From IMG/VR virus record IMGVR_UViG_3300025289_000006: 49,560 nt of DNA; one strand, given 5' to 3'. The position numbers and the translations under genes are program-made. This document shows positions 17,839-25,670 of this stretch, piece after piece. Within the stretch, counting starts at the first letter, position 1, and each line of letters starts with the position of its first letter. The DNA is from a virus. The notes beneath the pieces were generated by a model. That model searched no databases, was not told the origin of the DNA, and saw only the letters and a list, made by a program, of their open reading frames with translations.

Positions 17839-18744
17839 TCACTTGTCCGCCTCTCCGATCATGTAATAGTCTAACAGCTGCTTCCAGATGACGCCCATGT
17901 CCGGCGCGCCGGCTCCCACAGGCCCGGCGATGCGAGAGTCTAGCACACCGGGCGGGCTCTTGGCGACCCACTGCTCGCTGGCGACCGTGTGAGCCACAAA
18001 GACCGGCTGCCCGTCCGCCCCGCGCTCGACCGCGAGTCTCAAGATCGCCTCGAACTGGTAAGGCAACGCCCGAGGCGCGATCCGCCCCGGCAGAATGGGT
18101 ACGTACTTCCCCGCGGCCGGCTCATACTCCTCCCCGCATGTCCAGTACATCCCCACAGGTGGCATACCATACTGCCGCGACACCTCACTAGCCGCAACCT
18201 TGCACGCCTTGATGAAATCCACCCCGTCCGTCCCGATCTGGTCGTAGGCCGCGTAAGTGTTCTTCTCCCCTGTAGACTTGGAGATGGGGATGTTCTTTAG
18301 CCGGTACGCCTTGATGATATCCATGACCTCCATGACACCATCCCCCGCGATGATGTCGATGGGTTTACCCTTGTGTTCTCTATACTTACCCTCCGCCAGC
18401 GCCTCCTTGAACGCGATGAGACGCTGATACTTCTCGTCGATGGTTGGCGGGCGCTTCGTACCCGTCACGCGCTCGATCACCGGCCCGTCGATGTAGACAG
18501 TCTGTGGCCGGAGAGCCAACAACCTCTGCATCTTCGCTTCGATGGCCAGGACAACGACGTTGTAGCCGGCGAGCAGGAGGCGTCGGATGCCCTCTGTCTT
18601 GCCCGTCCCGCTATCTCCTTGTGCTAGCAATGACAGCCGGACATCCTCCGGCTCCGTCTCAACTATCTCAGGGGCGGATTGTGTGAGCACGGGGATCATG
18701 GTTCGTGTAGGCGTACCGCGGGTGATGGTGGTTGGCGAGATCAT
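17839..18744 (-). CDS. RecA-fold P-loop ATPase (AAA_24/Sak4-like candidate)
   Basis: Walker A LAQGDSGTGKTEG followed by VVVLAIEAK. 301 aa. Confidence 0.5.
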   Translation of the reverse strand: MISPTTITRGTPTRTMIPVLTQSAPEIVETEPEDVRLSLLAQGDSGTGKTEGIRRLLLAGYNVVVLAIEAKMQRLLALRPQTVYIDGPVIERVTGTKRPPTIDEKYQRLIAFKEALAEGKYREHKGKPIDIIAGDGVMEVMDIIKAYRLKNIPISKSTGEKNTYAAYDQIGTDGVDFIKACKVAASEVSRQYGMPPVGMYWTCGEEYEPAAGKYVPILPGRIAPRALPYQFEAILRLAVERGADGQPVFVAHTVASEQWVAKSPPGVLDSRIAGPVGAGAPDMGVIWKQLLDYYMIGEADK

Positions 18745-18888
18745 TTATGCAACCTCGCCATCCTTGTACAGGTTTACCAGGCGGTACCAAGAGCCGTTAC
18801 GACACCGGCCCTGTAGGGACGCGACGCCGTCTTCTACCTGTACACGGGGACCGGGCTCTGCTGACACTACGATGTACCGATGCTTCAT
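18745..18888 (-). CDS. 47-aa micro-protein
   Basis: ATGA overlap upstream and TAAATG junction downstream. Confidence 0.45.
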   Translation of the reverse strand: MKHRYIVVSAEPGPRVQVEDGVASLQGRCRNGSWYRLVNLYKDGEVA

Positions 18889-19118
18889 TCGTAATCCTCC
18901 TTCTTCAACCTGTGTCTCCCACACGGCTCGCCTTCCTGGGGTAGAAGCGCCTCGACCAGATCCTTCACCTCCCTACCCACGCGCAACTGCTCGGCCGTGC
19001 TCCAGCCCTCCTCCATAAGGGCCTGCCCTACGGCCAGCTCGCAAGTCACCGCGGCACAAGTCGAACACACGGCGGAGTCATCCGGCAGCTCCATAGCCCG
19101 GGCTTCTGCGTCTAGCAT
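18885..19118 (-). CDS. Hypothetical 77-aa protein
   Basis: ORF in the gene chain. CSTC...C motif. Start uncertain. Confidence 0.45.
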   Translation of the reverse strand: MLDAEARAMELPDDSAVCSTCAAVTCELAVGQALMEEGWSTAEQLRVGREVKDLVEALLPQEGEPCGRHRLKKEDYE

Positions 19119-19271
19119 GGCTTTGCCCCATGCGGTTCACTCATGCCTACCTCCCTCGACGATCCTCACCTCGACGGCGACGCGGACATTGCGTAAATAG
19201 CCTTGGGTCACCTGGGGACCAAGAGAGTGCCTTCCCGTCATGCTGTATGATCGCCCAGCCGCGTCAGAGAG

Positions 19272-19628
19272 TCACTTGGCACCCCGTAGCGCTACCAGCT
19301 TCTCCCTAAACCGCCGAACCGCGGCCGTTATCTTCCAGCCGGGTTTCCTAGTAGGCTGTGTCAGCCGATACTGCAACACGACACTCGCTTCACTCCGGCG
19401 TGCGATCAGATACGGCAGCAGCTTAGCACAGACCTCTCTCTGCTGCCCAGCGGGACAGTGCCAGGTTGACCGCAACGTGCTACCGACACCCCCCAAGATC
19501 GCCACCAACTGTCCCATCACGACGGGATGGATCTTGAGAGTCTTCACCACCGCCCCGTTAGGTCCGATGTAGAACCTCCCCACCGCGTCCATCACCCCGG
19601 CAGCATAGCTCAGCTCATTCTTGAACAC
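19272..19628 (-). CDS. LAGLIDADG-like protein, degenerate motif
   Basis: ELSYAAGVMDAVGRFYI aligns with LAGxxDGDG, but the second acidic residue is Val. LLPYLIARRSEASVVLQY resembles the conserved helix of the fold. Confidence 0.35.
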   Translation of the reverse strand: MFKNELSYAAGVMDAVGRFYIGPNGAVVKTLKIHPVVMGQLVAILGGVGSTLRSTWHCPAGQQREVCAKLLPYLIARRSEASVVLQYRLTQPTRKPGWKITAAVRRFREKLVALRGAK

Positions 19629-19641
19629 GTAGTCTCCTCAT

Positions 19642-20031
19642 CTAGTTCTCCGTCTCCCTGACATTCCTCATGTCGGAGAACGGAAACATGGTCAGAACTG
19701 TCTTTAGTAAGCGTGCCTTCGCGGGCTCAAACAGGGCTGTGGCTTCATCGGTTATTGCCTCGACGACGTTAGCCCGTGTCCCGGCATCAGTCAGTGCCCC
19801 GGCCGGGCGAGTCACAACGTTTTCCAGGAGACAGAGGTTCACGTATGCCTTGCGTAGTGCCAGCAGGCTATTCGTTAGATATGCTGTCGCATAGCCCGCC
19901 AAAACCAGCCTGATCTTCCTGTCCTCGCTCGTCTCCCGTGCACGCAGTTCCGCGTCCGCTGCGAGCAGCGTGTCGCTCAGTTGCGCTAACCCGTCCAGCA
20001 TAGCTCCCACTACGGTCCTTATTTCTGCCAT
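19642..20031 (-). CDS. Hypothetical 129-aa helical protein
   Basis: ATG 20031 after GGGAGGTG. The longer track ORF is an extension. Confidence 0.55.
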   Translation of the reverse strand: MAEIRTVVGAMLDGLAQLSDTLLAADAELRARETSEDRKIRLVLAGYATAYLTNSLLALRKAYVNLCLLENVVTRPAGALTDAGTRANVVEAITDEATALFEPAKARLLKTVLTMFPFSDMRNVRETEN

Positions 20032-20282
20032 GTCCCTAGCACCTCCCACTTCTCTTCTGGTTGACTGTCCGCCGCCGATCTCGGCAACGTCCGAGTGAAG
20101 GTAACCTCGATCGACCCGTCCTCTTCCACCCACAGCCGCGCGACGCCCCACGGACCAGCAACATCCAGGATAGCATAGTCCGTGCCACTACGACTCGACT
20201 TTCGGCAGTCCGATGGCGCATCTCTACACCCCACCTCGATAGTTGCGTAGAGGGGGCTGGCGGGATTGATAGTCATGTTCAC
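20019..20282 (-). CDS. Hypothetical 87-aa protein
   Basis: ORF in the chain, 6 nt after the upstream stop. Confidence 0.5.
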   Translation of the reverse strand: MNMTINPASPLYATIEVGCRDAPSDCRKSSRSGTDYAILDVAGPWGVARLWVEEDGSIEVTFTRTLPRSAADSQPEEKWEVLGTWQK

Positions 20283-20288
20283 TCCTTC

Positions 20289-20528
20289 CTAGTACGACGC
20301 ATTCCTCGTCCTTTCCATTCTCGCCTCAGCCTTGATGATCGATAGTACCACAAGCCGAACCACGTCTGCCAGCGGCAACCTCCACCCAACCCGCCGCCGG
20401 AATGGCCGGACATCGAAGTACCAGCGACCGGCCGCGTCCTGTTCTAGCAGGACATGGATCTTTTCAGTGGTAGCGCCATCCAGCAGCCCCACTATGTCTA
20501 TCTTGACTCGCCTGCTACGTGGCATCAC
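20289..20528 (-). CDS. Hypothetical 79-aa protein
   Basis: GTG/ATG start after AGGAGTGCGGAGAG. Confidence 0.5.
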   Translation of the reverse strand: MMPRSRRVKIDIVGLLDGATTEKIHVLLEQDAAGRWYFDVRPFRRRVGWRLPLADVVRLVVLSIIKAEARMERTRNASY

Positions 20529-20658
20529 CTCTCCGCACTCCTACTTGATCCTAACTACTAGATAAGACTGTGGTTGGTACACTTATCCACCCAAGTTCGC
20601 CATCATAACCCCTCCAACGCCTCCCGCAACTCTCTAACCGTCTTCAGGCGCATTGATG

Positions 20659-20838
20659 CTACATGTCCCGACACGCACGCACGAACCGCACCCGGTCAAA
20701 GTTAGGGTTATCCGCTGCGAAGATGTCGGCGACACCCTCCACAACATGGCTCCAGTAACACAAGGCCGGTCCCTCTAGCCCCTCTAGCGGTATCGTCCGC
20801 AACATCTCCGCAAACTTCACGTAATCTTTCTTGGTCAT
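20659..20838 (-). CDS. Hypothetical 59-aa protein
   Basis: MTKKDYVKFAEMLRTIPLEG... RBS GGGAGATAAGGA. Below the track cut-off. Lies in a lower-GC islet. Confidence 0.55.
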   Translation of the reverse strand: MTKKDYVKFAEMLRTIPLEGLEGPALCYWSHVVEGVADIFAADNPNFDRVRFVRACRDM

Positions 20839-20850
20839 GTCCTTATCTCC

Positions 20851-21021
20851 CTATCCCATGTTATCGTTAAACAGCCGCTCTTTCCACCTTGCCGTCTGAC
20901 AGTCTACGCAGTAGTAGTGCAGAAAGTTAGTATGTCCATCTAGCTTAGCCTTCTCTAGATATATCATCTTACTACAACCCAGACAGAGAAGTTCGACTTT
21001 GTTGTTGGTCATCTCTGTCAT
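20851..21021 (-). CDS. 56-aa zinc-ribbon protein
   Basis: MTEMTNNKVELLCLGC...YYCVDC. ATGA overlap with the upstream stop. Confidence 0.55.
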   Translation of the reverse strand: MTEMTNNKVELLCLGCSKMIYLEKAKLDGHTNFLHYYCVDCQTARWKERLFNDNMG

Positions 21022-21263
21022 GCTAGCCCAGCCTCCTCCATGAAGTGTCCTTGCGCTATTCTAGGATCGAAAGGCCAGCCATTCTGGTGACACAGGTGGT
21101 ACAAGTCAGTCACAAGATCGATTACATCGGTCTCGTCTAGAGCCTCGTCTAGAGCTACACTCCCCTGTGTGGTCCCAGCACGTTCCACGTAGCACCTGAG
21201 TGCCGCACGTGCTCTCCTCGCGCGCGCTAGGTTCTTACCAATGTCCATGTCTACCTCCCTCAA
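21018..21263 (-). CDS. Hypothetical 81-aa protein
   Basis: ORF in the chain, ATGA-type overlap upstream. Confidence 0.5.
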   Translation of the reverse strand: MREVDMDIGKNLARARRARAALRCYVERAGTTQGSVALDEALDETDVIDLVTDLYHLCHQNGWPFDPRIAQGHFMEEAGLA

Positions 21264-21895
21264 AACGGCGCAACTCGCCAGTCAACCCAAGTCACAGCCT
21301 GCACTTGACACGGTAGCATCCCCAGCTTCCGTGCCGCCCACAGGTATGCCGCTTCGACGCATCGGTAGCGGTAGTCGGTCAGCAGTCGGGTCTCCCCTGC
21401 GACAGCCTTCGCGTGTCTATCCACACACACGACATCTCCCCGCCAGGGGTGCAAGATAAGCCCTAGGAACGTCCTCACCTTGCGCCCACCTAGTACACGC
21501 TCGGGCGGTTCCCCGGCGAGTATGCGCTTTGCCTTGGAGACGTTGGCCCTGTAAGTCTGACACCGTGTCTTGTCACCGCTACATAGGGCCTTAGCATCTT
21601 GTAGGTTACGTTCCCACTTGCACGCGGGGGAGAGCGCCGCCACAACTGCCGCGACTACCTCTACCGGTCTCCCCGTTTGCCTTGATATCCTTTCGCATGC
21701 GGTGTAGGCACGATGATACCATCCATGACCGTCATTCGAGGCGCGTTTGTAGGCTCGCATGATCCGCCTGACCTGGTTGTGGTCTATCCGTGCGGGACGG
21801 ATACGCAGTCTACGGTGCGGGACGAGACAGTTATCGGGCGGTAATGGTCGTGGGCTGCAGGGGAAGAATGTAGTCATGGTAGTCATGGTAGTCAT
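21260..21895 (-). CDS. Conserved-looking phage protein, 211 aa, function unknown
   Basis: HGWYHRAY...ALSPACKWERN...VCVDRHA...QAVTWVDWR pattern. N-terminus MTTMTTMTT is encoded by a 3x9-nt repeat. Confidence 0.55.
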   Translation of the reverse strand: MTTMTTMTTFFPCSPRPLPPDNCLVPHRRLRIRPARIDHNQVRRIMRAYKRASNDGHGWYHRAYTACERISRQTGRPVEVVAAVVAALSPACKWERNLQDAKALCSGDKTRCQTYRANVSKAKRILAGEPPERVLGGRKVRTFLGLILHPWRGDVVCVDRHAKAVAGETRLLTDYRYRCVEAAYLWAARKLGMLPCQVQAVTWVDWRVAPF

Positions 21896-21897
21896 GG
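21871..21897. repeat. 3 perfect tandem copies of a 9-nt unit (tagtcatgg)
   Basis: Read directly. Gives three in-frame ATGs 9 nt apart and carries the upstream gene's TGA. Confidence 0.9.
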
Positions 21898-22086
21898 CTC
21901 TCGCGTGTCAACACGCCGCTTTCTAGGCTCCGCGGTCTCCCGCAACACCTTCTTGCGCAACACCTTCTTGCATCTTCTTACAGTACCATCTAGCGCCGCA
22001 TGCGAGAAACCCGCATGTTCCAAGCGTCTGGCAGTGTACTCCATCGTATCCACCGCCTCTTCTAGTGCCTCGCGCAGCATCATCAT
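21892..22086 (-). CDS. Hypothetical 64-aa protein
   Basis: ORF in the chain, ATGA overlaps at both ends. Confidence 0.5.
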   Translation of the reverse strand: MMMLREALEEAVDTMEYTARRLEHAGFSHAALDGTVRRCKKVLRKKVLRETAEPRKRRVDTREP

Positions 22087-22391
22087 GCCGCCACCTTCAC
22101 GTACACCGACTCTTTCGAGGCGAAGTCATAGATGGCCTTCTCGTCTCGCGCATTCGCTAGTCGAATCGCGCCTTCCCTACTGCCCAGGATATCCACGTCG
22201 TCAAGGTAGACGTATTCCCCCTCCAGCCATCCTCCCAGGATACCAGTGGGATAAGGAGAACCTCCCACCGCGAAGCCACTAGTCGGCGTAAGGAACTTCT
22301 CGTTGTCTAGGTCGTAGGTGAAGCCTCCCTCACTTGGATAGAGTAGATGCTCTAGCATCTGTTTCATGTGCGCTGCCTGGATCTTATACAT
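22083..22391 (-). CDS. Hypothetical 102-aa protein
   Basis: ORF in the chain. Confidence 0.55.
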   Translation of the reverse strand: MYKIQAAHMKQMLEHLLYPSEGGFTYDLDNEKFLTPTSGFAVGGSPYPTGILGGWLEGEYVYLDDVDILGSREGAIRLANARDEKAIYDFASKESVYVKVAA

Positions 22392-22584
22392 CCCACCCTC
22401 CCTTCGGTAGTGACACTAACCCCGCTTCTATTAGCTCCTTTGCTGCGCGACCATAGCTACCCTGTAGTTGCCAGGCTAGGCCAGTGTCCACCAAGTGTTG
22501 AAATAGTTCGATTACTTGCTCTTCTTCTAGCTCGCCCTGTTCGTAGGCGATGATCCTGTCTGCCGAGTCGAATGGTGCGCTCAT
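22384..22584 (-). CDS. Hypothetical 66-aa protein
   Basis: YEQGELEEEQVIELFQHLVDTGLAWQLQGSYGR looks like a conserved small phage/bacterial domain; the family is not named. Confidence 0.55.
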   Translation of the reverse strand: MSAPFDSADRIIAYEQGELEEEQVIELFQHLVDTGLAWQLQGSYGRAAKELIEAGLVSLPKGGWDV

Positions 22585-22587
22585 GTT

Positions 22588-23076
22588 CTACCTCCTCCGC
22601 GTTGCCGCTGCCCTCTCCAGCCCATATTCGTCGGCAGGACTATCGAGGGTAGCCTTACGCTTCGGTCGCTTAACGGCGGGCTTCCCAGACGGCTTGGATA
22701 CCCGTTTCTTGGTGGGAACGTGGACATTGTAGGCGATGTGGGAGGCAGGAACGGCACGCGGGGGCGTAAATTCGCCGATGTAGACCTGAAACTGCCCCTC
22801 CTCGACTATCGCATAACCCTTCCCCGCCTTGATCTCTTCGCACAGCCTCTCGAAGGTCATGGCGGGTTCATAAGTAGCGCCCAGCCCTGTCTTATCCACG
22901 AACATGGTACTATCCAACCGCCAGCCCTTCGGGATATAGTCGCCTATATTGGGGATGTGTCTGATTACATCTGCAACATTATCCTCCGGCCAGATCACCA
23001 GTGGAGTCACACCTACTCGTGCCGCTCTTGCCGCTGCCTCTAGCTGCAAGTTACGTATCGCGTTCCCGCTCATCAT
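22588..23076 (-). CDS. Hypothetical 162-aa protein with basic C-terminal tail
   Basis: ATGATG start after GGAGGAGG, ATGA overlap with the upstream stop. C-terminus KKRVSKPSGKPAVKRPKRK. Confidence 0.55.
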   Translation of the reverse strand: MMSGNAIRNLQLEAAARAARVGVTPLVIWPEDNVADVIRHIPNIGDYIPKGWRLDSTMFVDKTGLGATYEPAMTFERLCEEIKAGKGYAIVEEGQFQVYIGEFTPPRAVPASHIAYNVHVPTKKRVSKPSGKPAVKRPKRKATLDSPADEYGLERAAATRRR

Positions 23077-23288
23077 GGCTTGCCTCCTCCACGCGTAGAC
23101 ACTACACGCTTCGACACTACACGCTTCGCTAACCATCTGTACGTGTTAGTACGTCTGACCCTATCTACCGCTAGGGGAGTACCCGCCTTCTCCTCCAACT
23201 CCCGTATCCCCTCCTCCGCGGTGATAACCCCTCGTTTCACCTTCACCTTGATCCCCGGTTCGCGTTCCGCCACTGCACGTCCCTCCAT
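23073..23288 (-). CDS. First early gene, 71 aa
   Basis: ATG 23288 lies about 30 nt downstream of the predicted promoter. The track's TTG start at 23354 is the -35 hexamer itself. Contains a 2x15-nt tandem repeat (23098-23127, KRVVSKRVVS). Confidence 0.45.
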   Translation of the reverse strand: MEGRAVAEREPGIKVKVKRGVITAEEGIRELEEKAGTPLAVDRVRRTNTYRWLAKRVVSKRVVSTRGGGKP

Positions 23289-23325
23289 GCGGTCCTTGGC
23301 TTCCCCGGCTCCACCGAGCCCGGCC

Positions 23326-23354
23326 AATTTACACTCTCGTCCGGCCCAGGTCAA
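23326..23354 (-). promoter_or_regulatory. Sigma70-type leftward (early) promoter
   Basis: Minus strand reads TTGACC (23354-23349), 17 nt, TAAATT (23331-23326). Confidence 0.5.
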
Positions 23355-23411
23355 GCCAGACCTCCCGGCGACGCTTGACCTAAGTCAACCTTTCGCTGCC
23401 TTATCGCCCTA

Positions 23412-23429
23412 TGTGTCAAACCCGACACA
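23412..23429. promoter_or_regulatory. 18-nt palindrome TGTGTC-aaaccc-GACACA
   Basis: Read directly. Near reverse-complement of 23933-23950. Confidence 0.6.
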
Positions 23430-23488
23430 CTGAAAAAAGCTTGAGATTCCCCGATCCCGTACGCTGGGGATCGGGATCTATGTCACGA

Positions 23489-23511
23489 ATGTCATTTTCG
23501 GTTGTGACATG
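23489..23511. promoter_or_regulatory. 23-nt palindromic site ATGTCATTTTCGGTTGTGACATG
   Basis: 20/23 identical to 23778-23800. ATGTCA-N10-TGACAT symmetry. Confidence 0.6.
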
Positions 23512-23718
23512 CTATCCCCAGCCTTATCAGCGGGTTAGGCCCAAAAATGACATTGTCACGATGTCACCCTGCCTTAAGGTGGAAGGACCCGAAAGTGCAG
23601 TTATATAGGGGAGGCTCTACGCGTGTTAGTCATCTATAATTTTAAGTATTATACCTTATATAATCTACTACCGATCTTATACAGCCTTAACTTTGCCTTG
23701 ACCCTTTCCCAGGGACGC

Positions 23719-23743
23719 GGTGACACTCGGTGACACGTGACAT
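23719..23743. repeat. Three direct GGTGACAC/GTGACAT repeats
   Basis: cGGTGACACtcGGTGACACGTGACATt, read directly. Confidence 0.7.
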
Positions 23744-23777
23744 TCCCGGTCAACTGGTTGAAAACAAAGGGGTTACC

Positions 23778-23800
23778 ATGTCATTTTGAGTCGTGACATG
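23778..23800. promoter_or_regulatory. 23-nt palindromic site ATGTCATTTTGAGTCGTGACATG
   Basis: Second copy of the 23489-23511 site. Followed by another CGTGACA 10 nt later. Confidence 0.6.
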
Positions 23801-23932
23801 TCGTGACACGCATGCTGTGATCCCGTTCCCTACAGAGTGGGAGGTGGCCGAAAAGGTTACACTGTGTCCTGAAAAGGGGACGATCTCCAAGAATCTGGAT
23901 GAACCCGAGTAATTGGATTCAGAGCTTTGGAT

Positions 23933-23950
23933 TGTGTCAGGTTTGACACG
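23933..23950. promoter_or_regulatory. 18-nt palindrome TGTGTC-aggttt-GACACG
   Basis: 16/18 match to the reverse complement of 23412-23429. Lies 33 nt upstream of the 18-nt sigma54-like element. Confidence 0.6.
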
Positions 23951-23982
23951 TAAATGTCGCTGTCTTTCCACGCTGGGGGTCG

Positions 23983-24000
23983 TGGCATGGGACATGCTAG
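23983..24000 (+). promoter_or_regulatory. Sigma54-like -24/-12 element TGGCATGGGACATGCTAG (copy 1)
   Basis: GG and GC at the canonical spacing versus TGGCACG-N4-TTGCW. An exact inverted copy is at 25923-25940. Confidence 0.4.
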
Positions 24001-24078
24001 GTGCAAGCTGGAACCGGTCCTCGTGACCGGACCCCCTGGGGAATGACCCCCAAGGCGAACATGAAAGGGAGCGACCTA

Positions 24079-24339
24079 ATGGGAATCCTGGCTACCTTCA
24101 CTACGTCCGAGGCTGGCAAAGAAAAGAAGCCTGCTGCAGGAACGCCGTATGAAGGCGGTACCTTCAACGGCGTCAAAATCGGCGCGTGGAAGTCTCACAA
24201 AAACGGGCGGGTCTATGTCAGTATCGGGAGGCGTGGCCTGTTTGACCTTGTCACGGCGGACGCGATTCTAGCCAAGGGCGCTGCCGAAGTCGCGGCGCAA
24301 GCGGTCAAGGCTGCCCTGGCAGACGGAAAGGCCGAGTAA
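24079..24339 (+). CDS. Hypothetical 86-aa protein (92 aa if ATG 24061)
   Basis: AGGGAG RBS 9 nt before ATG 24079. The track's GTG 24001 start abuts the promoter-like element. Confidence 0.5.
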   Translation: MGILATFTTSEAGKEKKPAAGTPYEGGTFNGVKIGAWKSHKNGRVYVSIGRRGLFDLVTADAILAKGAAEVAAQAVKAALADGKAE

Positions 24340-24347
24340 CCCCGACC

Positions 24348-24605
24348 ATGGCGCGCTACACGCGGACCCTCGTTCCCGGCCATGGATTCAACGTCCCCAG
24401 GCTAGCAGCTAGCCTGCTACTTGTCCCTTACGTCACCCCGCGCGGATTCATCGCGCAGTGTGAGGCAGGACGGGAGCCGACTGTCCTTCGGCAAGTACCA
24501 GACGGTCTCTACACCTGCACGCCTAACGCCGGTCACCGTGACAACTGGTACGCTACCGTGCGCAAGGTGGACGGGCGTGTCCGTGTCTTGTCCATGGTTG
24601 CATAG
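24348..24605 (+). CDS. Hypothetical 85-aa protein
   Basis: ORF. Its C-terminus YATVRKVDGRVRVLSMVA resembles the next ORF's C-terminus. Confidence 0.5.
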   Translation: MARYTRTLVPGHGFNVPRLAASLLLVPYVTPRGFIAQCEAGREPTVLRQVPDGLYTCTPNAGHRDNWYATVRKVDGRVRVLSMVA

Positions 24606-24615
24606 GAGTCGAACG

Positions 24616-24729
24616 GTGACCGTGTTTTCACCAGGTCCTTTCCCCGCGCCTGAGAACGGGGATACCAGTATCGAAGGGTATGCTCGCGTCCGTGTCGTGG
24701 ACGGGCAGGTCGTGAAGGTGCTAGGCTAG
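24616..24729 (+). CDS. 37-aa micro-protein
   Basis: GTG after a GGAG RBS (7 nt). Ends GYARVRVVDGQVVKVLG. Confidence 0.35.
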   Translation: MTVFSPGPFPAPENGDTSIEGYARVRVVDGQVVKVLG

Positions 24730-24857
24730 GGAGGGAGGATATTTCCGCCGGGCGGGCGTGGCGACCGGACGAGTAGGTTGACTCTGTATAGCGCATGGGT
24801 TGCAGACCTTGACCTGCCGGGGAGTGTGTGGGATGGTCGCGGCGGAGGATATAGAAC

Positions 24858-24947
24858 ATGAACAAAATGCAGCTAGCACTGTTAGGCATGGGGATATTGC
24901 TACTTCTAGTTACCATGGCCAGTATCATGGAGGACAGTGACCTATGA
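24858..24947 (+). CDS. 29-aa single-TM peptide
   Basis: MNKMQLALLGMGILLLLVTMASIMEDSDL. RBS GGAGGA. The stop overlaps the next ATG (ATGA). Confidence 0.4.
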   Translation: MNKMQLALLGMGILLLLVTMASIMEDSDL

Positions 24948-25153
24948 ACGCGCCGTGCGATGCGCCGCGAATCTACCGTATCATCCGCTTCTACCGGGTC
25001 GCGCCACGGAGCACGCGAACGATCCGCGATAGGGTCACCCTGGCAGAGGCACAGGAGCATTGTGCTCGGGAGGATACCTCATCCCATAGCACGGGACCGA
25101 ACGCATGGTTCGATGGTTACGACTACATGCCGGGATGCGAGCCGGAGCGATGA
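24944..25153 (+). CDS. Hypothetical 69-aa protein
   Basis: RIYRIIRFYR...TLAEAQEHC...WFDGY pattern. ATGA coupling at both ends. Confidence 0.55.
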   Translation: MNAPCDAPRIYRIIRFYRVAPRSTRTIRDRVTLAEAQEHCAREDTSSHSTGPNAWFDGYDYMPGCEPER

Positions 25154-25437
25154 ACATGCAAGCCGACGATAGAATGCGAGCCGTCCGCGACCTCGACTTC
25201 CACAGGTGGGACGTGCACGGTACCATGGGGACGCCCACGGGCGCGGATGAGTGTCAGGAGTGTATCAGGTTGACTAGCCTTGCGCTTCGCCGCGAGACAT
25301 ACCCTCGAACGACCTGCCGTGTCTGCCACGTGCCCTTAGCTCGCCATAACCACGGCCTGCTTTCATCCGCTTTCTGTGACGATTGCTGGGATATAGAAGC
25401 GGGGAGAGAGCCGGGGGAGAGCCGGGGAGAGGTCTGA
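25150..25437 (+). CDS. Cys-rich (zinc-binding) 95-aa protein
   Basis: CQEC...CRVC...CDDC. ATG 25150 in ATGA overlap with the upstream stop. Confidence 0.55.
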   Translation: MNMQADDRMRAVRDLDFHRWDVHGTMGTPTGADECQECIRLTSLALRRETYPRTTCRVCHVPLARHNHGLLSSAFCDDCWDIEAGREPGESRGEV

Positions 25438-25466
25438 GAAGAGGTCGAGGGAGGTCCCCCTCGCGC

Positions 25467-25670
25467 TCAGGATGACAACACCACGACGCCCACCGCATCG
25501 GCCCTAGCTCGCGCGATAGCAGTCTCCCGGTCCATGCGGTCCTCGGTGTACTCGCCGATCGCCGTCTCGAAGATCGGTCGGACGAACCGGACCCGCCAGA
25601 CCCCCTCTATCGGATGGTAGGTCACGTAGGCGCGGGCATAGGCTCTGTTACCTCTCATGTTCGTTCTCAT
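25467..25670 (-). CDS. Hypothetical 67-aa protein
   Basis: ATGA overlap with the upstream gene. Convergent with the plus-strand block. Confidence 0.5.
   Translation of the reverse strand: MRTNMRGNRAYARAYVTYHPIEGVWRVRFVRPIFETAIGEYTEDRMDRETAIARARADAVGVVVLSS

Larger units (their letters stand above)
23355..24000. promoter_or_regulatory. Divergent control region with iteron-like repeats and an AT-rich core (origin and/or switch candidate)
   Basis: No convincing ORF. At least 12 GTGACA/TGTCAC half-sites, paired palindromes, and 18/60 GC at 23641-23700. Confidence 0.6.

Noticed and set aside
23450-23475. The 9-bp GC stem-loop as an intrinsic terminator.
   Set aside because: There is no U-run directly after the stem on either strand. 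The T6 run on the minus strand starts 11 nt downstream. No upstream transcription unit obviously needs it.
23480-23810. Possible CRISPR-like array formed by the repeated GTGACA motifs.
   Set aside because: The repeats are only 6-8 nt (23 nt at most), occur in both orientations and are irregularly spaced. There are no cas genes.
23411-23995. Track ORFs 23411..23608 (+) and 23750..23995 (-) inside the control region.
   Set aside because: They are made of the repeated GTGACA/palindrome elements, lack an RBS, and one runs through the AT-rich core. They are better explained as regulatory DNA.
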